Shown piece after piece: positions 36,677 to 43,862 of a DNA stretch of 43,862 bases. The notes under the pieces were generated by a model, which worked only from the letters and a program-made list of their open reading frames with translations, made no database searches and was not told where the DNA came from. The position numbers and the translations under genes are program-made. The stretch is from Alphaproteobacteria bacterium (GTDB taxonomy: Bacteria > Pseudomonadota > Alphaproteobacteria > CAAHEQ01 > UBA3637). The number at the start of each line of letters is the position of its first letter. Within the stretch, counting starts at the first letter, position 1. The DNA lies in the NCBI GenBank assembly GCA_045118155.1, contig JBGUXS010000010.1, forward strand, positions 1 through 43,862, in the 5' to 3' direction.

Positions 36677-37036
36677 ATCAGATGGTCGGATAATCGCTGG
36701 TACACCAACCAGAGGAAAGTCCGGGCTTCCCGAAAGCACGATACCGGATAACGTCCGGGCAGGGTAACCTGACGGAAAGTGCCACAGAAAACAAACCGCC
36801 AAGGATTTCCTTGGTAAGGGTGAAAAGGTAAGGTAAGGGCTTACCGCGTGGATGGTAACATCTCACGGCACGGAAAACCCTATCGGAAGCAAGTCCAAGA
36901 AACGGCAGTCCATGCAAGTGGGAAAATGGGGGCTTTCGCCCAAGCTGCGATGAGGTAGGACGCTTAAGATAAGCAGCAATGCTTATATAAGATGAATGAT
37001 TATCCTAGACAGAACCCGGCTTACAGACCATCTGAT
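36677..37036 (+). ncRNA. rnpB: RNase P RNA, bacterial type A
   Basis: Conserved blocks GAGGAAAGTCCGGGCT, AGTGCCACAGAAA and ACAGAACCCGGCTTA are present. P1 is formed by atcagatggtc (36677-) and gaccatctgat (-37036). Confidence 0.9.
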
Positions 37037-37169
37037 TTTATTTCACAAAAATTTCAAGGCGCTGATCCTGTGACAATACATATTTTTATCCTCAGCGGGC
37101 TGAAAAACGGTGTTTTAATTTTGCCCCAGCGTCATAAAATTATCCTTTAAAGCCATGACGGGCATCAAA

Positions 37170-37200
37170 TTATAAACAGTTATAAACAGACTTATCCACA
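37170..37200 (+). promoter_or_regulatory. Cluster of three DnaA-box-like 9-mers
   Basis: TTATAAACA (37170), TTATAAACA (37180) and the perfect consensus TTATCCACA (37192), all in the same orientation. About 110 nt of very AT-rich DNA follows. Confidence 0.3.
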
Positions 37201-37387
37201 GGCACTTATAATATATTGATTTTAAAGAAAAAACACACATTTTACCTTAAATAAAATTGTCGCATAATTTATATTATGTATAGTTTTATAGAACAGAAAA
37301 TGGGGGGGATTTTCGGGTCACGATGTTGCCATGGCGTTTTTCAGGCCGCATTTTTTTGCTAAATGTGTTAGACTAAATTCGCGTCGT

Positions 37388-37449
37388 TCTCTGGGCGCCT
37401 AAAATTTTTATATTGCAATCTCTGGGCGCCTAAAATTTTTATATTGCAA
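37388..37449. repeat. Perfect 31-bp tandem duplication
   Basis: tctctgggcgcctaaaatttttatattgcaa occurs at 37388-37418 and again at 37419-37449, 55 nt upstream of the pgi ATG. Confidence 0.95.
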
Positions 37450-37503
37450 TTTAAAAATCTTTGTTTTACTATGCCTGATATATAATAAATAAGGACACAT
37501 GAC

Positions 37504-39099
37504 ATGGACATTTATCAAAGATTACTTTCCCACACAAAAACACTAAAAACCTTGCATATGAAGGATTTATTTCAAGCCGATCCCGATCGTTTTGATAAGT
37601 ATCATGTGGAAGTTGGCGATTTCCTATTAGATTATTCCAAGAACATTTTCACGGACGAAACATGGGATTTATTGTACGAACTAGCAAAAACGCACGATTT
37701 AGCCGGCGCTACGGACGATATGTTTTCTGGGCGGCGAATTAATTTCACTGAAAACCGCCCTGTTCTGCATACGGCATTAAGGAATCGGGCGAACACACCT
37801 GTTTTAGTGGACGGTCAAGACGTGATGCCGTGGATTCACACAGAACTTGAAAAAATGCACGCTTTCACGGATGCGGTGCGTCAAAAAATCTTTTTAGGGG
37901 CAACGGGCAAACCCATTACGGACGTTGTTAACATTGGGATTGGCGGGTCAGACTTAGGGCCCTACATGGTGGTTCATGCCCTGGAAGATTATCGGATTAA
38001 GGACATCAATTTTCACTTTGTGTCTAACGTAGATGGCACGGATTTACATTTAACCTTGGAAAAATGCAATCCAGAAACCACCCTATTCATTATTTCATCC
38101 AAGACTTTTACGACCATTGAAACATTAATGAACGCGCGTTCTGCCCGTTCTTGGTTAGTTAAGGCGCTTGGGGAAGCGGCGATTGCGCACCATTTTGTGG
38201 CGGTTTCCACGAACTTACCGGCGGTGGAAGAATTCGGGATAGACCCCAAGAACACCTTTGGTTTTTGGGATTTTGTGGGTGGTCGGTACTCTGTATGGTC
38301 GGCCATAGGTTTATCCGTCATGTTATCCATTGGATATGATAATTTTATTCAGTTTTTAACGGGGGCCTATGACATGGATACGCATTTCAGGTCTGCCCCA
38401 CTTAACAAGAACATGCCGGTCATTATGGGGCTTTTAGGGGTTTTATACACGACATATTTTGGGGCCGAATCGTACGCCGTCTTACCGTATGATCAATATT
38501 TAAAAGACCTGCCCGCTTATTTGCAACAACTAGACATGGAAAGTAACGGCAAAGGGGTCAATAAATCTGGGCATTTTGTGGATTATGCCACGGGTCCGAT
38601 TTTATTTGGGGCGGCAGGAACGAACGGGCAACATTCGTTTTATCAGTTAATTCATCAAGGGACCCACCTGATTCCGTGTGATTTTATTGCCCCGATTGAA
38701 CCGCTTCATGACGATGGCGACCATCACAAGATGTTATTGGCGAATTTCCTTGCTCAGCCCGAGGCCTTAATGATGGGGCGGGATGCGGCGCAATTAAAAG
38801 CCGAAAATGTGCCAGAAAACCTGATTCCCTATCGGACATTTTTGGGCAACCGGCCAACAAACACCTTACTTTTCAAGAAATTAACGCCTAAAAATTTGGG
38901 AATGCTGATTGCCCTGTATGAACACAAAGTTTTTGTGCAAGGGGTGATTTGGCGCATTGACAGTTTTGATCAATGGGGGGTGGAATTGGGTAAGAAGTTA
39001 GCGACCTCGGTTTATGAAAAATTAAATGATAAAAATCAAGAACTTAATTTTAGTTCATCAACCAATGCATTAATTAAAAAGATCCAAGGAAATGGATGA
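37504..39099 (+). CDS. pgi: Glucose-6-phosphate isomerase
   Basis: [27 protein letters not shown] and [11 protein letters not shown] motifs, 531 aa. Confidence 0.95.
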   Translation: MDIYQRLLSHTKTLKTLHMKDLFQADPDRFDKYHVEVGDFLLDYSKNIFTDETWDLLYELAKTHDLAGATDDMFSGRRINFTENRPVLHTALRNRANTPVLVDGQDVMPWIHTELEKMHAFTDAVRQKIFLGATGKPITDVVNIGIGGSDLGPYMVVHALEDYRIKDINFHFVSNVDGTDLHLTLEKCNPETTLFIISSKTFTTIETLMNARSARSWLVKALGEAAIAHHFVAVSTNLPAVEEFGIDPKNTFGFWDFVGGRYSVWSAIGLSVMLSIGYDNFIQFLTGAYDMDTHFRSAPLNKNMPVIMGLLGVLYTTYFGAESYAVLPYDQYLKDLPAYLQQLDMESNGKGVNKSGHFVDYATGPILFGAAGTNGQHSFYQLIHQGTHLIPCDFIAPIEPLHDDGDHHKMLLANFLAQPEALMMGRDAAQLKAENVPENLIPYRTFLGNRPTNTLLFKKLTPKNLGMLIALYEHKVFVQGVIWRIDSFDQWGVELGKKLATSVYEKLNDKNQELNFSSSTNALIKKIQGNG

Positions 39100-39142
39100 A
39101 GAAGTGAGGGAACGAATCAGCTTTTAACAAGGGGGATATGAT

Positions 39143-42100
39143 ATGTTGGCATGGTTTTCATTTTTTATGTTATTAATCGGGGGACTACTTTACACCTTTC
39201 TATCCCCAGATTTAAGAAGTGCCGATGAACGGAATCTGCCTTATGCACGGGCGGCGATCATGCAACTTGTTTCCCGGCACCAAGGGGCGGTCAAGCTAGC
39301 GACCCTTAACTTAGCCAATATCAAGGTGCAACTAGGTCTTTCTGACGCAGATTTTTCCACCAACGAAGCGTACGGCAAGAATTTGTTTACAACGTCCCCA
39401 GTAAACACGGCCCTTGTTGGGATCTTAGCGCCCCACAAGATGGCGGAACTGATGCCATCGGGGTTAGGCAAAAGTTTTACCGAAATCCGCACCCTGCCCT
39501 TACCTGATTATCACAGTTATAACAGTGTCTTTGCCTGTTTAGACGACAGGGGCGAAATCACATCCACCTGTGCGCAAAACAAATCGTACGTATTGACTTA
39601 TGGGTATCAGCAAGATTGGTGGGACGAACGGGCGAAAAAGGATAATTTATGGCAAAAGGCCTTGGCAAAAGAAACCGAAGGGGCTTGTGGGGTTTTGTCT
39701 TGTACATCCACATCCTGTCAAATCAAATCCGGCACCAAGTTAACCCCCTTCCCTAATGCCTTATATCGCTTACTGGTCAATGATGCCCTTGTTCACACGG
39801 GGGGCAGATATCCCCTAGTGGGCTTAACGGTGTGTTTAACCCAAGTATCTGTGGGACCAGATAAGTCCACCCCACCAGAATATGGCAACGGGACGTCTGA
39901 TATTGGGGTAGAATGTCTTGAAAATGAAGATTGTACAGAACCTGGGAAAACCTATTGCAACCCTGCCACCTTTCGGTGCGAAGAGTTAGGGTCGGTGGCA
40001 GAATGTCAAGCGGCTCATTCCAAAAAGCCCCATTACATAGAAAATTTTGGATGTGTAGAATGTTTAGAAGATTCTGATTGTCCGGCCGCCACCCCCAATT
40101 GTGATCTCAATGGGGGGCATCAATGTGTAGGATGTTTTTCCAATGCTCAATGTCATACGGGGATGATTTGTTCAGATGGTATTTGTATAACCTGTCCGGC
40201 GGGAACCCATTATAAAGATGCGACGGTGGGCTGTGTAGCGTGTTTAGACAACACCCATTGTGCCGCCCAAGGGATGGTTTGCACAGCCAATATGTGTGTT
40301 CCCTGTGCTGAAGGGACGTATTATAAAGATGCGACAGCGGGCTGTGTATCCTGTACGGCGGACAGCCATTGCCCCGAAGTATGTGATACCACGCAAAATA
40401 TGTGTACAACATGCGCCCTAAAAACCCCGTCCACCCCGCATTACAACGACATAGACGGCACGTGTGTGGCGTGTTTAGAAAATACCCACTGCCCCAATGC
40501 CACCCCCTATTGTGTCCCAACGACCCACACCTGCAAAGTACCAGAGACCAATGAAGAATGTCAGTCTGTGGACCCCACCAAGCCCATTTATGACACGCCC
40601 ACGGGCACCTGTGTAGAATGCCACAGTAACAGCCATTGTACAAACGAAAAGCCCATTTGTGATACGGTGGCACACACCTGTCGGGCGGGCAGTGGGTTGC
40701 CTTACCCGTGTGAAGGGAATGGCGATTGTTCGGGCACACAAGTTTGCCAAAACGGCATTTGTACCTTGTCTTGTCGGACGCAAAGCGACCCAGATGGCTA
40801 TTGCCACACCCTGTTCGGGGCGGATTGGGCGTGTGATATGAGCAGCTCTACCACCGCCACCTTAGTGGGGGGATATTGTCAATATTGCCTGTACACCTAT
40901 GATGGACAGGTTCAAGATTTGCGGGATATTCGCCTTGCCACATCCACGGGGGTGACGGCCCAGCAATTTACAACCTCGGGTCAGGTGTATAACTATTGGC
41001 ATAATGACACCGCCACAACCTATAAGAATGCGTGTTTAGTGAATGTAACGACGGCGGATACCGATTGCCCGTCTGTCCGACCGGATTTATGCGGGGATGC
41101 GTATTATTGGATGCCCTATGGGCAATTGCCCGCTGAAATTAACATAACGGATAACCGTGGGGTCAGCACCTGGCGGGCATGCACCAAAAATTCGGCGACA
41201 ACAACAGCCGGTAAATACGGCATGTTTGCCACCACCGGTACCAATCCCGTGTATATGACCAAGGTAGATGGAGACGGATGGCTCATTCACCGTGACAGTG
41301 TGTACAGTTATCCGTTGGGGATGGCGTATTACCCCTTATGCACACCGGCGTGTTGGCATGGCACAGAAAGTGCCACTACCCCAACCTGTTATAAAATGAC
41401 CCATACCTGGGGGCCGGCACCAACATCCACGGCGGATTGTCAGAATATTGCCCCGTCCTTGGTGTATGATACGGCCACAAACAAGTGTGTTAATGCCACC
41501 GACCCCGCGGCCACTTGTCGTAAAGCAGGGAAAGTGTATGATGAAGGAACGGGCGCTTGCCGTGTTCCCGAAGACGATACCGATTGCGCGTGGATTGACC
41601 CGTTAAAGCCGACCTATACCAATGGCACCTGCACGGATGCGTGTGCCACCTGTGCCGACGGGGTGTGTGATCCCACCGGTCAATGCGTGCTTAATCAAGA
41701 AGAAATCACCTGTGATGAAGCCGCTGATTGTCCGGCGGGATATACATGTGCGGGGCATATGTGTTCGCTGTATTGTTATAATAAGGGGAATAACAAGACA
41801 AATCGGGATGCCTATTGCCATAACATGTTTGGGGAAAATTGGGCATGTGATCCGAATTATGTTCTCGGGGGGTATTGCTGGCCGTGTGTGGTGGATTACG
41901 ACGGGGGTACCATGGACATCCGGGACTTTAAGTTTGCATCGTCCGTGGATGGGTCTGACGGGGGGGTGAACGCCAATGCCGGTGTCACGGCGGGTGCCAT
42001 TCAGACCTTCTTTACGGATCCCAACGATAAAATGAATTCCCCGTGTCTTTATGGGGCGTATAAGGTGGGGGTAAATACGGCCGGTAACTATAACAACAGC

Positions 42101-43237
42101 ACCTATATGACAGATCGGGATACCGATTGCCCCGTGGTGCATCCGGGGTTGTGCGGAACGGATCACGAATGGGTGCCGTTAAAGTTCCTAAAAACCCTGA
42201 ATCCTGCCCAAGATTACGGGAACGATTTTCAGGGCCTTGCCGCCCGGATGCGGGCATGCACGATTAGGACAAACTCTGGGACAAATTTAGTTGCGGGCAG
42301 TTGGACACGGGTACGCCAAGATTACGCCTATGCGAAATATTTCCAGAATAGTGGCCGAGTACTCCCTGCGTCAGATATCACCGGGAATTATTACATCATG
42401 TGTATGCCGGCCTGTTATAAAAACGAACCGGATGGAAACAATACCTATTGTTATAAAGACCTGCATGAATGGGGGCCGGTGCCGACGTCGCACGCCATGT
42501 GTCAAGCGGCGGATCATACCCTGCCCTATTATGACGCCCAAACACACAAATGTATTGCCCCAACCGATAATGCAGGATGCCGGGCGGTGGATGCGACCAA
42601 GCCCTATTATATCGCGGGTCGGGGCTGTGTGCCGTGTACATCCACAACCCAAACCACCGATTGCACGGATCCCGCCAAACCCGTTTGTGATCAAATGATA
42701 TACGAATGTGTGGGATGCACGAATACCTATGATGCGGATGGAATCGCAACGGGGGATACTTGCCCCGCGGGGAAATATTGCCGGCACGATACGATATATG
42801 AATATAATGGGGAATCTCGTTCGTGTGACAAGCGTCAACCATGGCCCGGGGTTTGCCAAAACATTCCGACATATGATACGGCCGTCATAAACGGCGAAAC
42901 GTGGGTCGCAACGCGGTCATCTTCTAATATGCGGTGGTGGAACGCGATGAGCTTCTGTGCCAAAATCGGCGCTAAACCCGTCACACGTGCCGATATTTGT
43001 GATGGGGGGACCACGACGGCAGAGTGCCTGAACAGCCCTACTTGGAAGGAATTACACCGTGTGTTTAACACCGAAGCCAAAGCCATTTATGGGTCATCTA
43101 GCACGGCACGGACATATTGTTGGACAAAAGAAGATTATCCCTCCTATTCCTGCAACGCCTATAACGTCAATCTGTCTACTGGTACTGTTGGCAACTCCAA
43201 TCGGACTAGCAGCTGCTATGCTTTGTGTAAGTATTGA
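39143..43237 (+). CDS. Giant cysteine-rich membrane-anchored mosaic protein (1364 aa), family unknown
   Basis: Single long ORF with RBS GGGGGA and an in-frame TAA 15 nt upstream of the ATG. It has an N-terminal hydrophobic segment (residues 3-19). The first ~250 aa are Cys-poor, followed by about 100 Cys in CxxC-type repeats, two paralogous ~250-aa modules and a lectin-like C-terminus. A terminator lies downstream. Confidence 0.8.
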   Translation: MLAWFSFFMLLIGGLLYTFLSPDLRSADERNLPYARAAIMQLVSRHQGAVKLATLNLANIKVQLGLSDADFSTNEAYGKNLFTTSPVNTALVGILAPHKMAELMPSGLGKSFTEIRTLPLPDYHSYNSVFACLDDRGEITSTCAQNKSYVLTYGYQQDWWDERAKKDNLWQKALAKETEGACGVLSCTSTSCQIKSGTKLTPFPNALYRLLVNDALVHTGGRYPLVGLTVCLTQVSVGPDKSTPPEYGNGTSDIGVECLENEDCTEPGKTYCNPATFRCEELGSVAECQAAHSKKPHYIENFGCVECLEDSDCPAATPNCDLNGGHQCVGCFSNAQCHTGMICSDGICITCPAGTHYKDATVGCVACLDNTHCAAQGMVCTANMCVPCAEGTYYKDATAGCVSCTADSHCPEVCDTTQNMCTTCALKTPSTPHYNDIDGTCVACLENTHCPNATPYCVPTTHTCKVPETNEECQSVDPTKPIYDTPTGTCVECHSNSHCTNEKPICDTVAHTCRAGSGLPYPCEGNGDCSGTQVCQNGICTLSCRTQSDPDGYCHTLFGADWACDMSSSTTATLVGGYCQYCLYTYDGQVQDLRDIRLATSTGVTAQQFTTSGQVYNYWHNDTATTYKNACLVNVTTADTDCPSVRPDLCGDAYYWMPYGQLPAEINITDNRGVSTWRACTKNSATTTAGKYGMFATTGTNPVYMTKVDGDGWLIHRDSVYSYPLGMAYYPLCTPACWHGTESATTPTCYKMTHTWGPAPTSTADCQNIAPSLVYDTATNKCVNATDPAATCRKAGKVYDEGTGACRVPEDDTDCAWIDPLKPTYTNGTCTDACATCADGVCDPTGQCVLNQEEITCDEAADCPAGYTCAGHMCSLYCYNKGNNKTNRDAYCHNMFGENWACDPNYVLGGYCWPCVVDYDGGTMDIRDFKFASSVDGSDGGVNANAGVTAGAIQTFFTDPNDKMNSPCLYGAYKVGVNTAGNYNNSTYMTDRDTDCPVVHPGLCGTDHEWVPLKFLKTLNPAQDYGNDFQGLAARMRACTIRTNSGTNLVAGSWTRVRQDYAYAKYFQNSGRVLPASDITGNYYIMCMPACYKNEPDGNNTYCYKDLHEWGPVPTSHAMCQAADHTLPYYDAQTHKCIAPTDNAGCRAVDATKPYYIAGRGCVPCTSTTQTTDCTDPAKPVCDQMIYECVGCTNTYDADGIATGDTCPAGKYCRHDTIYEYNGESRSCDKRQPWPGVCQNIPTYDTAVINGETWVATRSSSNMRWWNAMSFCAKIGAKPVTRADICDGGTTTAECLNSPTWKELHRVFNTEAKAIYGSSSTARTYCWTKEDYPSYSCNAYNVNLSTGTVGNSNRTSSCYALCKY

Positions 43238-43276
43238 GTTTTCGCTTTTTAAATTTACTTTAAACTTTTTCACTTT

Positions 43277-43309
43277 GTGTCCGCCGTTTCCGGCGGGCAC
43301 TTTCCTTTG
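43277..43309 (+). terminator. Terminator-like GC hairpin after the giant gene
   Basis: gtgtccgccg-tttc-cggcgggcac 10-bp stem followed by tttccttt. Confidence 0.55.
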
Positions 43310-43332
43310 TCGCGAAGCGACCGCGCCGCCCT

Positions 43333-43862
43333 GTCATCCCTCGCCGACGGCCCGATAGGGACGGCGCGTCAAGGGATCCCTTTCCCCCATCTGGGGAATC
43401 TATACGTTCGTGTAAAATAAGGCATTGATTGTTAGAGACCCCTGGACGTTGGGCTTACGCCCAACGAGGGGTGACAGGAAAGACGGATTGTCATCCCTCG
43501 CCGACCTTCCGTTTCAAGGTCGGCGTCAAGGGATCCCAAACATGAAAGGCCTTTTACTTGTCATCCCTCCCGACGGCCCGATAGGGACGGCGCGTCAAGG
43601 GATCCCAAACATGAAAGGCCTTATTTTACGGTTAGTAGGGCCGTCCTTTCTGTGGAAAAAGGGACCCCTGGACGTTTTCTTTCAGAAAACGAGGGGTGAC
43701 GGGAAAAGAATGTCATCCCTCGCCGACCTTCCGTTTCAAGGTCGGCGTCAAGGGATCCCAAACAACCAATACCACCTTGTCATCCCTCGCGGGGGGGCGT
43801 GGGGCATTTTGCCCCACGAGGTCCCTTGACGCGCCACCTTTTCAAGGTGTCGGGAGGGATGA
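43333..43862. repeat. Array of at least 8 GC-rich imperfect-palindrome (REP/BIME-like) elements in both orientations; truncated by the window end
   Basis: Consensus GTCA[T/C]CCCTCG-(variable stem-loop)-CGTC[A/C]AGGG[A/G]TC. Forward copies are at 43333-43378, 43490-43535, 43560-43604 and 43712-43757, plus a hybrid at 43779. Inverted copies are at 43437-43475, 43663-43700 and 43821 to the window end. Confidence 0.85.

Noticed and set aside
36269-36917. Minus-strand ORFs 36269-36802 (177 aa) and 36678-36917 (79 aa)
   Set aside because: They overlap RNase P RNA and the small secreted-protein gene on the opposite strand. The region is explained by rnpB.
40107-43358. Many long alternative-frame and antisense ORFs (for example 40107-40739 minus, 41603-42166 minus, 42291-42698 plus, 42371-42859 minus, 42396-42872 minus, 43059-43358 plus)
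   Set aside because: All are nested in or next to the 1364-aa gene, have Arg/Pro/Gly/His-rich low-complexity translations, and lack RBSs. They are the expected by-product of stop-poor GC-rich DNA.
43425-43829. 134-aa ORF with the repeated peptide SSLADLPFQGRRQGIPNMKGL
   Set aside because: The peptide repeats are simply translations of the palindromic DNA elements, which also occur inverted, where they cannot encode the same peptide. There is no RBS, and the composition matches the non-coding REP array.
43333-43862. Possible CRISPR array
   Set aside because: The repeats occur in both orientations and differ in their apical parts. The spacing alternates at about 70 and 155 bp, and the inter-repeat filler is itself repeated (aaacatgaaaggcctt). 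No cas genes are in the window.

Overview
The window is about 44 kb of low-GC bacterial chromosome. I read it as an alphaproteobacterium with an intracellular, Rickettsiales/Holosporales-like lifestyle. That placement is inference, based on three things: tsaE-addB-addA and secB-tim44-mltA-smr synteny, ankyrin-repeat genes, and two Chlamydia-type modules. All gene calls rest on motif recognition in the supplied translations; no database search was possible.

Most of the window is ordinary housekeeping:
- Repair and helicases: addA (partial), addB, uvrD, maf.
- Envelope and export: secB, a Tim44-like protein, mltA, smr, an AsmA/YhdP-like giant envelope protein, a FadL-type porin.
- Transport: a DUF47 + PiT pair, a ZntB-like CorA.
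- Translation and RNA: tsaE, tsaC/sua5, rlmB, gltX, rpsD, tRNA-Pro(CGG), RNase P RNA.
- Metabolism and regulation: tkt, pgi, an XRE regulator.

Accessory or unusual content:
1. A 1364-aa, roughly 106-cysteine, membrane-anchored mosaic protein (39143-43237). It has CxxC tandem repeats, an internally duplicated ~250-aa module and a lectin-like C-terminus. It sits in a region that is visibly richer in GC and CpG, and I cannot assign its bulk to any family. This is my best candidate for something undescribed.
2. A dense array, directly downstream, of GC-rich palindromic (REP/BIME-like) elements in both orientations, with compensatory base changes.
3. tRNA-Pro followed by direct repeats of its own 3' end, then an IscU/NifU-like + GGGtGRT gene pair of unknown function.
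4. A Chlamydia-type aaxB-aaxC module (pyruvoyl arginine decarboxylase plus antiporter).
5. A Pmp-repeat (GGAI/FxxN) autotransporter.
6. A PiT transporter in which both signature aspartates are asparagine.
7. Smaller items: a micro-ORF with its own promoter, RBS and terminator; a perfect 31-bp tandem duplication; and a DnaA-box cluster in the rnpB-pgi spacer.
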